From assembly GCA_964642015.1 (NCBI GenBank), contig CAZXLF010000005.1, positions 139,847 through 203,846 on the forward strand: a stretch of DNA of 64,000 nucleotides. The letters are read 5' to 3'. Positions 50,278-59,721 of this stretch are shown here, one piece after another. Made by a program: the position numbers and the translations under genes. Position 1 is the first letter of the stretch. Every line of letters begins with the position of its first letter. The notes beneath the pieces were generated by a model. The model did no database searches. It was not told the origin of the DNA and was given only the letters and a program-made list of their open reading frames with translations. The stretch comes from an uncultured Planctomycetia bacterium. Its GTDB lineage: Bacteria; Omnitrophota; Gorgyraeia; 2-02-FULL-51-18.

Positions 50278-51563
50278 TTACCGAGGATCACTCCGTCCTG
50301 CAATATCGGTTGTCCTTCGACCAGAACGTCTGTGGCTCTGCCTTTCATTTTCCAGCCAAGGAATGGTGAATTTTTTGATTTAGATTCCAATTTTTCTTTT
50401 TCGACGACCCACTGCGCTTCCGGATCGAATATCGTCACATCGGCGACTGCGCCTTCCGAAAGATGTCCGTGATCGATCCTTAAAATTTCTGCCGGTTTGA
50501 ACGACATTTTGGTCACAAGTTCCGATAATGATATCACTTTTTCTTCAACTAATCTCAAAGAAAGAGAAAGCGATGTCTCGAGGCCGATGATACCGAACGG
50601 CGCTTTGTCGAATTCAGCGTCTTTTTCGCTTTCGGCATGCGGTGCATGATCTGTTGAGATAATATCGATCGTGCCATCCTTCAAAGATTTTTTGATCGCT
50701 TTGACATCCTCCTCAGTTCTAAGCGGAGGATTCATTTTTGCGTTCGTATTGTAATGCAGCACCGATTCATCGGTCAGATGAAAGTAATGCGGACATGTTT
50801 CGGCGGTCACGTGGGAGCCTTGCGCTTTCGCTTGGCGGATGAGATCGAGCGATTTTTTGCTGGAAATGTGGCAAAAATGCAGCCGCGCGCCGGTCAGATC
50901 AGCCAGTTGAATGTCTCGCGCGACCTCCACGCTTTCTGATTCCACCGGAATACCCGGAAGCCCGAGTCTTGTGGATACAAAACCTTCATTCATGCAGCCG
51001 CCGCAAAAAAGACCTTCATCCTGGCAATGCACCATGATGACCAAGTCAAATTTTTTGGAATATTCGCAAGCACGCCTTAAAATATTCGAATCTGAGATCG
51101 GGCGCCCGTCATCGGACAAAGCCGCGGCTCCGCCTTTTTTCAATTCACCGAATTCTGTGAGTTCTTTTCCTTCTTCTCTTAGCGTCACGGCACCCACAGG
51201 CCAGATCCTCGCCAACGAAAGACGTTTGGCTTCGCCGATCAGAAATTCCATGTCCGAACGGCTGTCGGCGATCGGATTGGTGTTGGGCATCGGACAAACC
51301 CCTGTAAAACCGCCTTTGAGCGCCGCTCTCAAACCCGTTTCGATCGTTTCCTTGTATTCATAACCGGGTTGTCTCAGATGAACGTGAACATCAATCAATC
51401 CGGGGCAAACGATCTTTCCTTTAGCGTTGATCTCTTTATCCGCTTTTTCGGAAATAGTTTTCGAGACTTTTTTAATTCTCCCGCTTTCGATCAAAACATC
51501 CATGAGGCCATCGATCTTATTTTTCGGATCAACGAGATGCCCGCCTTTGATGAGAATCTTCAT
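50274..51563 (-). CDS. pyrC: dihydroorotase
   Basis: Amidohydrolase fold; DVHVHLR metal-binding motif. Confidence 0.9.
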   Translation of the reverse strand: MKILIKGGHLVDPKNKIDGLMDVLIESGRIKKVSKTISEKADKEINAKGKIVCPGLIDVHVHLRQPGYEYKETIETGLRAALKGGFTGVCPMPNTNPIADSRSDMEFLIGEAKRLSLARIWPVGAVTLREEGKELTEFGELKKGGAAALSDDGRPISDSNILRRACEYSKKFDLVIMVHCQDEGLFCGGCMNEGFVSTRLGLPGIPVESESVEVARDIQLADLTGARLHFCHISSKKSLDLIRQAKAQGSHVTAETCPHYFHLTDESVLHYNTNAKMNPPLRTEEDVKAIKKSLKDGTIDIISTDHAPHAESEKDAEFDKAPFGIIGLETSLSLSLRLVEEKVISLSELVTKMSFKPAEILRIDHGHLSEGAVADVTIFDPEAQWVVEKEKLESKSKNSPFLGWKMKGRATDVLVEGQPILQDGVILGK

Positions 51564-52525
51564 GCTTTTCTCTCCACCATCGTCGTATGAAATAAAATGG
51601 CCATGCGCACCGCAACACCGTTTGTTACTTGGTCCAAAATAACCGATTGCGGTCCGTCGGCCACTTCCGAAGCAAGTTCGACTCCACGATTAATAGGGCC
51701 CGGATGCATGATGATGACATCTTTCTTGGCTTTCTTCATACGGTCTTTCGAAATTCCATATTCCGCCGCGTACTCGCGGATCGATGGAAAAAATGCACCT
51801 TTCTGGCGCTCAAGCTGGATCCTTAAAATATTCAAAACATCCTGATCTTTGATCACATGGTCAAGATCGTAACTCACTTCGACTCCCATTTTTTCAATTC
51901 CTACCGGAATCAGCGTCGGAGGTCCACATACTGTGATCTTCGCGCCCATTTTTTTGAGTCCCCAGATATTTGAGCGCGCCACGCGCGAATGAAGGATATC
52001 TCCGACAAGACACACGCGTATGCCTTCCAAATTCTTTTTTCTCTCTCTGATTGTAAAAATATCCAAAAGCCCCTGCGTGGGATGTTCGTGGATCCCGTCT
52101 CCGGCATTGATCACACCAGCTTTCACACAATGAGCCAAATACTCCGCAGAACCGGATGAAGGATGGCGCATCACGATCGTATCGACATGCATCGCTTCGA
52201 TATTCTTGGCCGTATCGGCAAGGCTTTCGCCTTTGGAGGTGCTGGAACTAGATGAAGAAAAATTGATGATATCCGCCGAAAGCCGTTTGGCAGCGAGCTC
52301 GAAACTCGTGCGTGTACGCGTCGACGGTTCGAAAAAAAGATTGGCGATCGTCTTGCCGCGTAACGCAGGCACTTTTTTAACTTCACGATTCGAGACTTCC
52401 TTGAAAGACTCCGCCGTGGTTAATATCAATTCTATTTCTTCGCGGGACAGTTCCTCGACCGACAAAAAATCCTTTTTTGTCCACACCGCTTTTTCAGTTT
52501 TTTCGGTGATTTCTTTAGTTGTCAT
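51560..52525 (-). CDS. pyrB: aspartate carbamoyltransferase catalytic subunit
   Basis: STRTR carbamoyl-phosphate-binding motif and HPxQ. Confidence 0.93.
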   Translation of the reverse strand: MTTKEITEKTEKAVWTKKDFLSVEELSREEIELILTTAESFKEVSNREVKKVPALRGKTIANLFFEPSTRTRTSFELAAKRLSADIINFSSSSSSTSKGESLADTAKNIEAMHVDTIVMRHPSSGSAEYLAHCVKAGVINAGDGIHEHPTQGLLDIFTIRERKKNLEGIRVCLVGDILHSRVARSNIWGLKKMGAKITVCGPPTLIPVGIEKMGVEVSYDLDHVIKDQDVLNILRIQLERQKGAFFPSIREYAAEYGISKDRMKKAKKDVIIMHPGPINRGVELASEVADGPQSVILDQVTNGVAVRMAILFHTTMVERKA

Positions 52526-53049
52526 TTTTGCGCCACGACCACTTCTTCTTTTTTATCTGTTTCGGTAAAATGCACATGAACGATCTCGTCTTCGTTGGTT
52601 GGAATATTTTTTCCTACAAAATCCGCACGGATCGGAAGCTCGCGATGCCCGCGGTCGATCAATACAGCAAGCTCGATCCTTTTCGGACGGCCGAAATCGA
52701 CGAGCGCGTCCAGCGCCGACCGGATCGTCCTGCCTGTATAAAGCACGTCATCGACAAGCACGACGGTCTTGTTGTTGAGATCAAAATTGATCTCTGTTTT
52801 ATGAATAATGGGTTGTTCGGATACTTTAGTGAGATCGTCCCGGTAAAGATTGATATCGAGGATACCGACAGGTACTTTTGTTTTGGCGATCAGCTCAAGT
52901 GCCTTTTCAAGACGTCCGGCCAGGATAACGCCGCGCGTTTGAATACCAATAAGCGTCAGGCCTTCAGTTCCCTTATTTTTCTCGAGTATCTCATGAGCCA
53001 TCCGGACCACAGATCTCTCGATCGAGGGAGCGTCTAGGACCAGCTTCAT
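52522..53049 (-). CDS. pyrR: bifunctional pyr operon regulator / uracil phosphoribosyltransferase
   Basis: 175-aa PRTase fold (VVLVDDVLYTGRT); first gene of the pyr operon. Confidence 0.9.
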   Translation of the reverse strand: MKLVLDAPSIERSVVRMAHEILEKNKGTEGLTLIGIQTRGVILAGRLEKALELIAKTKVPVGILDINLYRDDLTKVSEQPIIHKTEINFDLNNKTVVLVDDVLYTGRTIRSALDALVDFGRPKRIELAVLIDRGHRELPIRADFVGKNIPTNEDEIVHVHFTETDKKEEVVVAQK

Positions 53050-53075
53050 TTAGCGATCCGGACAGAACCGTAGGC

Positions 53076-53109
53076 AAAAAAAATCCCACGCTCTTCGGAT
53101 AGACGTGGG
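53076..53109 (-). terminator. intrinsic terminator of the pyr leader attenuator
   Basis: Minus strand CCCACGTCT...AGAGCGTGGG hairpin followed by U8, 27 nt upstream of the pyrR ATG. Confidence 0.7.
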
Positions 53110-53137
53110 TTCAGAATATAGTTAGCACTCATCTTTG

Positions 53138-53164
53138 GCTCCTTTACGAGTCTCTCATGGACCC
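53138..53164 (-). promoter_or_regulatory. PyrR-binding anti-antiterminator loop
   Basis: Minus strand GGUCCAUGAGAGACUCGUAAAGGAGCC resembles the PyrR binding consensus (UCCNGAGAGGCU...AAGG). Confidence 0.6.
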
Positions 53165-53195
53165 GCTTAAAAGGTCAGTAAATCAAACCTGTGGA

Positions 53196-53224
53196 AGTAT
53201 ACTCTCTAACGAAAAACTTGTCAA
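53196..53224 (-). promoter_or_regulatory. sigma-70 promoter of the pyr operon
   Basis: Minus strand TTGACA, 17 nt, TATACT. Confidence 0.65.
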
Positions 53225-53229
53225 TAGCT

Positions 53230-54471
53230 TCAGATCCAGGACCTAAACCACATATGCTGTCTGAAATAAGCTTCAGTGATCAGCGTGCCGTTATACAACG
53301 GATACCAATAGAAGAACATGACAATGACTAAAGCCAGATAAACACAGACTGCGACGCGGCCGGCGGCATTTTTTTGCCATAATCTGTCCAAAATAATTGC
53401 GAATGCGATCTCAGCGAACGGCATGACTGTATAAATATAATGAAAAAATTTCACCCGGCTGACCGGCGCCCACTGAAGCCATTGGGTAAAAAAACCAACA
53501 ATGATAAAAACATTAAACAATGTTCTATTCTTAAAAAAGTCTTTCAATGCAACAGCCATCGCGACCGGCATCAGCCAAAAGATCAAAGGATTTCCGATAC
53601 AGATAATCCCATGCACCATGCTGATCCCGCTTATCTGGCTTGATCTGTAAAAATACCAGATCGGCCTCAACATCAGAGGCCATGACCACCATTCCGAACC
53701 GTAAATATGAGTTTGCTTTAATTGCAAATGGTATTTGAACATATGGACCTGTAGATGCCAAATCGAAAACCAATTAAATCCTTGAATAAAAGGAATAACT
53801 AAAAAAGTACTTTCATAGACAAGAAACGGTATCAGTATAAAATACAAGGATGTTTCTTTAATCAGAGATGTTTTGTCTTTTTCCTTTTTCCAAAGTTCCC
53901 AATAAAAAATCAATAAGATAATAGTAACGCTTAGGCCAATAAGCCGTACTGCCACAGAAAACGCGAAAAACAAACCTGAGAAAAAAAACGCTTTTTGCCG
54001 TGACCATTCTTTGGTTACAACATGCTTCATCAAAAACCAAACGGATAAGAACATGAAAAAATACATCGGTGAATTCAGCATCCCGATCCGCGCTTGGGTG
54101 AAGGACACACCGTCCAATCCAAACAACAATGACGTAAAAAAAGCGGTCCGATCGCTTTTTGTTAGTTGTCTGGTAATGGTGTACAGGATCATCAAGCATC
54201 CGAATCCGCACAAGAGAGATACTAAACGCCACGCCCAAGTGTGGTCACCAAAAATAAAGATGCTTAACGCGATAAGGAGCTTTCCTAGCGGTGGCTGGAC
54301 AGTATCAGTATATCCGTTGAGATGAATGATCTGGTTGGCAGTCTTAACAAAATAGACCTCGTCATAATACATTTCTTTCGGGAATTGAAGATTGTAGCCA
54401 TAAAGTCCGAAATACAAGAGTGCTGCTACTGCCCATGCGATCGATTTTTTATGATATAATAATTGTTTCAA
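53230..54471 (-). CDS. GT39/ArnT-like membrane glycosyltransferase (PMT_2 family)
   Basis: 413 aa polytopic protein with DE motif in the first loop (YYDEVYF), typical of GT-C ArnT/PMT enzymes. Confidence 0.7.
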   Translation of the reverse strand: MKQLLYHKKSIAWAVAALLYFGLYGYNLQFPKEMYYDEVYFVKTANQIIHLNGYTDTVQPPLGKLLIALSIFIFGDHTWAWRLVSLLCGFGCLMILYTITRQLTKSDRTAFFTSLLFGLDGVSFTQARIGMLNSPMYFFMFLSVWFLMKHVVTKEWSRQKAFFFSGLFFAFSVAVRLIGLSVTIILLIFYWELWKKEKDKTSLIKETSLYFILIPFLVYESTFLVIPFIQGFNWFSIWHLQVHMFKYHLQLKQTHIYGSEWWSWPLMLRPIWYFYRSSQISGISMVHGIICIGNPLIFWLMPVAMAVALKDFFKNRTLFNVFIIVGFFTQWLQWAPVSRVKFFHYIYTVMPFAEIAFAIILDRLWQKNAAGRVAVCVYLALVIVMFFYWYPLYNGTLITEAYFRQHMWFRSWI

Positions 54472-54475
54472 GGGG

Positions 54476-54904
54476 ATGATAAGTGTGAAAACTAAATATT
54501 TTATCTATTTACTTATAGGCTTATTGCTGTTGGCATCTACAAGCTCTAAAGCTGCCTCCGATGCCTTTACTACAGGTAAAGATTGGACTCAGAAAATGTC
54601 TAAAGGCGAGAAATTCATATCTATTTACGCGCCTATGATCCTCTTCCACCGGTACGGTGTTAACTTCCGGAAGAGTCCTTCCGAATACAGTGAAACGATC
54701 GATAAAGTGCTGTTAGAAAATCCTTACCTCGAAAAGGAAGACGTGTCGAATATTTTCGCATCTACCGTTTATGCTTACGAGCCCGAATCCAGACGCGCTT
54801 TTATGATCATGAAAGCAGAATCCGCCGACGGTTATTTAAAACCCACTCTTTTGATCAAAGAACAGCCGAATTCCGAAGTCAATCCTTCAAAAAACGAACA
54901 ATAA
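54476..54904 (+). CDS. secreted hypothetical protein
   Basis: 142 aa with signal peptide (SSKAASDA); start may be the in-frame GTG at 54485. Confidence 0.55.
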   Translation: MISVKTKYFIYLLIGLLLLASTSSKAASDAFTTGKDWTQKMSKGEKFISIYAPMILFHRYGVNFRKSPSEYSETIDKVLLENPYLEKEDVSNIFASTVYAYEPESRRAFMIMKAESADGYLKPTLLIKEQPNSEVNPSKNEQ

Positions 54905-54909
54905 AAATT

Positions 54910-54948
54910 CCCCGTTTCTTTTTGGTCGGAATTCAAAAAGGAACGGGG
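54910..54948. terminator. bidirectional terminator hairpin between convergent genes
   Basis: 15-bp stem (one mismatch) CCCCGTTTCTTTTTG / CAAAAAGGAACGGGG flanked by A- and T-rich runs. Confidence 0.6.
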
Positions 54949-54958
54949 AAATATTTTA

Positions 54959-55348
54959 TCAGCCCTTTTTCAAAACGCTCTGCATCAACTCATCGGACCT
55001 TGAAAACTCGATCCATTTCTTTTCCGATAAAAAATGAGCCAACACGGCAAGCGGGACTCCAATATCAATAACTCCCAGCAAAATAGCCAGGAATAATTTG
55101 ATCTCTCTGGATAACGGCGCGAACGCAAGCCAAACAAAAGGCACGACCACCACAGCGGCTGCCGCCGTAGCGACAACGAACAGGATCACCGCCAAGACAA
55201 GAACCTGCTTACGCAAAAGCTGTATGATCCGCAAATAATAAGCGGCTGCTTCCAGCTTCACAAGATCGATCGACTTGGACTGGTATTGTTTGAAAAGACC
55301 AACCGTCGCGTCCAACAAAAGTTCTTTGAACTTTTTTACCAGATCCAT
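54959..55348 (-). CDS. YqjE-like inner-membrane protein (DUF1469 / phage-holin-like family)
   Basis: Two TM helices; immediately downstream of a DUF883 gene as in E. coli yqjD-yqjE; start probably at MDLVKKF. Confidence 0.55.
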   Translation of the reverse strand: MDLVKKFKELLLDATVGLFKQYQSKSIDLVKLEAAAYYLRIIQLLRKQVLVLAVILFVVATAAAAVVVVPFVWLAFAPLSREIKLFLAILLGVIDIGVPLAVLAHFLSEKKWIEFSRSDELMQSVLKKG

Positions 55349-55376
55349 TTTGAAAATGGCCGGAAGAACGAATTTA

Positions 55377-55718
55377 TTACTGCCGTTTAGATGAGCCAAG
55401 AATATACCCCAAAAGCAGAGCTCCTAAAGCAGCCCCACCAATGTACGGCCATGGATTCTCATGAACTTTTTCATCCAGATCCGTAGCGACTTCTTTAAAC
55501 TTCTCGCCACCCTCTTCGATTGCGGCTTGAGCAGTTTTCTTGAATCGATTGAATTCCTTCACCTTATCAGAAGCCACTTCTTGGATCGCATCCTTGATAT
55601 GGGAATATTTATCTCCCAGAAGGTTCTGAATCTCATTCTTCTTCTCTTTAGCTGCTTCGTTAAGCAACTGAAGAGCTTCTTCAAATTTCCTATTGCTATT
55701 GGAAACTTCTGCACTCAT
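55377..55718 (-). CDS. DUF883 (ElaB/YqjD/YgaM) membrane-anchored stress protein
   Basis: Helical N-terminal part plus C-terminal NPWPYIGGAALGALLLGYILG anchor motif. Confidence 0.75.
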   Translation of the reverse strand: MSAEVSNSNRKFEEALQLLNEAAKEKKNEIQNLLGDKYSHIKDAIQEVASDKVKEFNRFKKTAQAAIEEGGEKFKEVATDLDEKVHENPWPYIGGAALGALLLGYILGSSKRQ

Positions 55719-55839
55719 GGCATTTCCCTTTCTCTTAAGCGGTTGACGTCTTTAAAACAGGATCTATCCCTGAAGGATTTGTGGGGGGTATTATACTACA
55801 AGGCCTAGGATTAAGAAAACACTATCCATAACGAGATTT

Positions 55840-56241
55840 TTAGGATAATCCGGGGGTTTCGAAGCGGTTTCCGATGACTTCTATATCCAGATTTTCAGGA
55901 TTTCCGGTTATCCCATGCCTTAAAAGAAGGCTGCGAAGCGGGTGAATCTTCTTGGAACCGAACATATCCGCTATCGAATCGACGACATCCTTGAATTTCT
56001 TTCCCTGATAAGATACTTGAACAATGTCGCCTTCGTAAATCTCGACACGGTTCTTATCAAGAACTGAACTTCCTTCCAGCATTTCGCAATCATCGTAGCT
56101 TGCGCGCTTTACCGGCTTACCCTTTCCGTCATTGGCACCATGATCATCGTCGCAGAGCAGCACATGAAAAAGTTTTTGATAACCGCGGTAGTACATTTTC
56201 TTTTCTGGAATATACCAAACGCGGAATCGCAAATCTTTCAT
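55840..56241 (-). CDS. YopX-domain protein (phage-derived family), orphan
   Basis: 133 aa; RFRVWY...KKMYY...EIYEGDIV pattern typical of YopX. Confidence 0.65.
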   Translation of the reverse strand: MKDLRFRVWYIPEKKMYYRGYQKLFHVLLCDDDHGANDGKGKPVKRASYDDCEMLEGSSVLDKNRVEIYEGDIVQVSYQGKKFKDVVDSIADMFGSKKIHPLRSLLLRHGITGNPENLDIEVIGNRFETPGLS

Positions 56242-56248
56242 CAGATCT

Positions 56249-56935
56249 CTAACGCTTCTGTGAAGTCAGGTTGAAAAGTATCACGAATTCGCCCAGGATC
56301 TTCTTACCGGAAAAATGAGAAATGATCCTGCTGACTTTTTCTCTGATCACTTCCTCGAATTTTTTCGTAAGTTCACGGGCAACGACGATCTCCACGTCGC
56401 CGAAAACATCTTGGATCGCCTCAAGCGTTTTTAAAACGCGATACGGTGATTCGTAAAAAATAACGGTCCGTTCTTCGTCCTTTAAAGATTTGAGTTTTGT
56501 CTTTTTCTGCCCTGATTTTACCGGAAAAAACCCTTCGAATATGAACCGGTCAGCCGGAAGGCCTGACACCACAAGAGCTGACAAAAAAGCTGAAGCTCCC
56601 GGCAATGATTCGATTCTAATGCCTTCATGGACCGCGCCCGCAATCAGGCGGTAACCGGGATCCGCAATGCCCGGTGTCCCCGCATCCGAGATAAGAGCAA
56701 CGTTTGCTCCGTTTTTTATCTTTTCTAAAAGTTCAGGAGCACGCTTTTTTTCTGAAAAATCGAAATAACTGACAAGCGGTTTACTGATCCCATAATGATC
56801 GAGAAGTATTTTTGAATGGCGCGTATCTTCGCAGGCAATGAGATCGACTTTTTTTAAAACTTCGATCGCACGTACCGTGAGATCGCCAAGATTTCCTATC
56901 GGTGTAGCTACAAGATATAAAGTTCCGCGATTCAT
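56249..56935 (-). CDS. rsmI: 16S rRNA (cytidine1402-2'-O)-methyltransferase
   Basis: GTLYLVATPIGNLGDLT...ACEDTRHS TP-methylase motifs; start at MNRGT overlaps the glmS stop by 1 nt. Confidence 0.88.
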   Translation of the reverse strand: MNRGTLYLVATPIGNLGDLTVRAIEVLKKVDLIACEDTRHSKILLDHYGISKPLVSYFDFSEKKRAPELLEKIKNGANVALISDAGTPGIADPGYRLIAGAVHEGIRIESLPGASAFLSALVVSGLPADRFIFEGFFPVKSGQKKTKLKSLKDEERTVIFYESPYRVLKTLEAIQDVFGDVEIVVARELTKKFEEVIREKVSRIISHFSGKKILGEFVILFNLTSQKR

Positions 56936-58839
56936 CACTCGACCGTGACAGACTTGGCAAGATTCCTCGGCTGGTCGATATCTTCCCCGAATTCTTTGGC
57001 CACGCAATAAGCGATCAGCTGAAGCGGTAATACCGTGACGAGCGGAGAAAATATCTCGGAAACCTTCGGCACTTCGATCGAATAAAAAGGATTCAGCTTA
57101 TGGATCTCTTTGTCGCCTTCGGTAATGATCGGTATGATCATGCCGCCGCGTGCTTTGATCTCCTGGATATTCGAGATCATTTTTTCGTATGTACTCGACG
57201 CAGGTGCTATGCAGATCACCCACGGATTTTCATCGATCAATGCGATCGGTCCATGCTTCATTTCGCCGGAAGGATAACCTTCGGCAGGGATATAGGAAAT
57301 TTCTTTCAATTTAAGCGCACCCTCGAGCGCATTCGGATAATTGATCCCTCGGCCGAGATACAAAAAGAAACCGTTCGGAGAACGCTTTCTCTGTGTCGGA
57401 TCAGTGGAAAAGTATTTTTCAAGTTGCGCATGATACCGTTTATTAAAATCATGCGCATTCTTCGCCCATTGCTTCTCTTCTTTCTTGTAAACATCCAACA
57501 ATTTCTGCATCTTGGAAGGAATCTGGAAAAATTCCCGAAGCAGTTTTTGAATTTTCACTTTCGGCATTGTATTCAAAATTTGGGCAAGGTAAAAACCGAT
57601 CAAATAAAGGATCGTGAGCTGCGCCGTGTACGCTTTCGTCGAAGCAACAGCGATCTCGGGACCCGCGTGCGTGTAAATCACGCCTTTCGCTTCACGTGGG
57701 AGCGAACTTCCAAGCACGTTACATATTGTGAGCGTCAACGCCTTTTTCGATTTAGCTTCTCTAAGACCTGCCAGCGTATCCGCCGTTTCTCCGCTTTGAG
57801 AAATAGCAATAACTAATGTGTTTTTATCGACGTTCGGATTCCGGTAACGGAACTCCGATGAAGTATCGACCCAAACAGGGATGTTCGTGAATTCCTCCAA
57901 GATATATTTTCCGACAAGTCCCGCATGGTACGCCGTGCCACAGGCAATGATGACAATGCGCTTAATCCTTTTGAATTCAGCAGGCGCGATCTTTAGCTCG
58001 TCAAAATGGATGTGAGCGCTTTTGATCCTTTCGCGCAGGATCGCTGTGATGATCCCGGGCTGCTCAAAGATCTCCTTGATCATATAATGCTGAAAACCAC
58101 CCTTCTTCGCTTGGGAAACGTTCCAATCGACAGTCACCGGCACATGATGCACAGGTTTGCCTTCTAAATCCGTGATCTTGATCGTATCCTGTACCAGAAC
58201 AATGATCTCACCGTTCTCGACGAAAATAACCTTATTCGTATGTTCAAGAAGCGCCGATACGTCGCTGGCTAGAAAATTTTCCTTATTTCCAATTCCAATA
58301 ACTAACGGACTGTCATACTTTGCAGCGACGATCTTTCCGGGTTCTTTGGAACAGATCACCGCGATCGCATAAGTCCCGCGGATGTCTTTCAGTGCGCGTC
58401 TCACAGCGCTTTCAAGATCATTTTTGTAATATTTAGCTACAAGATGAACGATGACTTCGGTATCCGTTTCCGAGCGGAAGCGCGCGCCTTCTTTTTTTAA
58501 TTTTTCCTTCAGATGAGAATAATTCTCGATGATGCCGTTATGCACGACGGCGATCTCATTCTGATTATCCAAATGCGGATGCGCGTTGAGCTGATTGGGA
58601 GTGCCGTGCGTAGCCCAGCGAGTGTGACCGATCGCTGTATGACCTTTTAAAGGATGTGAGCGCAACACATCTTCGAGGTTCTTGATCTTGCCGTGGGTTT
58701 TCTCAAAAGCGATAGAATTCAGGCCATTCTGGATCGCAACGCCTGAAGAATCATACCCTCGGTATTCGAGATGTTTGAGACCTTGGATGACTAAAGGTTG
58801 GGCTTCCTTCCGGCCGGTATAACCAAATATTCCGCACAT
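56935..58839 (-). CDS. glmS: glutamine--fructose-6-phosphate aminotransferase
   Basis: N-terminal MCGIFGY Ntn-hydrolase Cys, two SIS domains, C-terminal ...KSVTVE. Confidence 0.95.
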   Translation of the reverse strand: MCGIFGYTGRKEAQPLVIQGLKHLEYRGYDSSGVAIQNGLNSIAFEKTHGKIKNLEDVLRSHPLKGHTAIGHTRWATHGTPNQLNAHPHLDNQNEIAVVHNGIIENYSHLKEKLKKEGARFRSETDTEVIVHLVAKYYKNDLESAVRRALKDIRGTYAIAVICSKEPGKIVAAKYDSPLVIGIGNKENFLASDVSALLEHTNKVIFVENGEIIVLVQDTIKITDLEGKPVHHVPVTVDWNVSQAKKGGFQHYMIKEIFEQPGIITAILRERIKSAHIHFDELKIAPAEFKRIKRIVIIACGTAYHAGLVGKYILEEFTNIPVWVDTSSEFRYRNPNVDKNTLVIAISQSGETADTLAGLREAKSKKALTLTICNVLGSSLPREAKGVIYTHAGPEIAVASTKAYTAQLTILYLIGFYLAQILNTMPKVKIQKLLREFFQIPSKMQKLLDVYKKEEKQWAKNAHDFNKRYHAQLEKYFSTDPTQRKRSPNGFFLYLGRGINYPNALEGALKLKEISYIPAEGYPSGEMKHGPIALIDENPWVICIAPASSTYEKMISNIQEIKARGGMIIPIITEGDKEIHKLNPFYSIEVPKVSEIFSPLVTVLPLQLIAYCVAKEFGEDIDQPRNLAKSVTVE

Positions 58840-58864
58840 AAAGTCGGTTTTTGCTCCTATGAAT

Positions 58865-58895
58865 AGCTGTTAATTTTACCTCAAAATGGTATAAT
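58865..58895 (+). promoter_or_regulatory. extended -10 promoter for uppP
   Basis: TGGTATAAT (TGn + TATAAT) 28 nt upstream of the uppP ATG. Confidence 0.5.
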
Positions 58896-58923
58896 CTCTC
58901 AAAACTATTTTAAGGATTATCTT

Positions 58924-59691
58924 TTGAATCTTTTACACGCGCTTATTTTCGGTATTGTCGAAGGAATAACGGAATTCCTGCCCATTTCGTCGACCGGCCA
59001 TTTGATCCTTACCGCTCAATTGCTGAGTCTGAAGCAATCCGAGTTCATCAAAAGCTTTGAGATCACGATCCAGCTTGGGGCGATCCTTGCCGTTGTTTTG
59101 CTATATTGGCGCTCGCTGCTTATGAATTTCGAAGCTTTAAAACGTGTGATCACAGCATTCCTTCCGACTGCGGTCATCGGTTTTGCTTTATACAAGGTCA
59201 TCAAAAAATTCCTGCTTGCCGGTGACACGTTCGTGCTGTGGTCATTATTCCTGGGTGGTATTTTTCTGATCATTTTTGAATGGCGCCACAAAGAAAAAAC
59301 AGATGCAATCGAAGATATTGCAAAAATTCCCTATGGTAAAGCGGCGCTGATCGGCATCTTCCAGTCGCTGGCGGTAGTACCCGGCGTGTCCCGTTCAGCA
59401 GCTACGATTGTGGGAGGTTTGATCCTTAATATCAAAAGAAGGACAATTGTAGAATTTTCCTTCCTTTTAGCTGTTCCGACGATGCTCGCTGCTACAGCAT
59501 TGGATCTGCTGAAAAGTGCTGACACGTTCGATCAAAGCCAGTTCCTTTTCCTTACCGTCGGCTTTGTAGTATCGTTCATCGTGGCGGTCTTAAGTATCAA
59601 ATTCTTCCTTCATTTTATCAAAAAACACAGCTTGCTGCTTTTTGGAGTCTACCGCGTTCTGATTTCCCTGCTTTTTTGGTTTGTGATATAA
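58924..59691 (+). CDS. uppP: undecaprenyl-diphosphate phosphatase
   Basis: BacA/UppP family: 255 aa, 8 TM helices, EGITEFLPISSTGH motif. Confidence 0.9.
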   Translation: MNLLHALIFGIVEGITEFLPISSTGHLILTAQLLSLKQSEFIKSFEITIQLGAILAVVLLYWRSLLMNFEALKRVITAFLPTAVIGFALYKVIKKFLLAGDTFVLWSLFLGGIFLIIFEWRHKEKTDAIEDIAKIPYGKAALIGIFQSLAVVPGVSRSAATIVGGLILNIKRRTIVEFSFLLAVPTMLAATALDLLKSADTFDQSQFLFLTVGFVVSFIVAVLSIKFFLHFIKKHSLLLFGVYRVLISLLFWFVI

Positions 59692-59721
59692 AAAGCTAAT
59701 TTTGTTATAATCCTCATCAAG

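Noticed and set aside
55840-56241. Prophage
   Set aside because: A single YopX-like gene without integrase, structural or lysis genes or flanking repeats does not constitute a prophage within this window.
58840-58923. Possible glmS ribozyme in the glmS 5' UTR
   Set aside because: Only 84 nt separate glmS from the divergent uppP gene and the region is an AT-rich promoter (TGGTATAAT); this is too short for the roughly 170-nt ribozyme core, and no P1/P2 pseudoknot pattern was seen.
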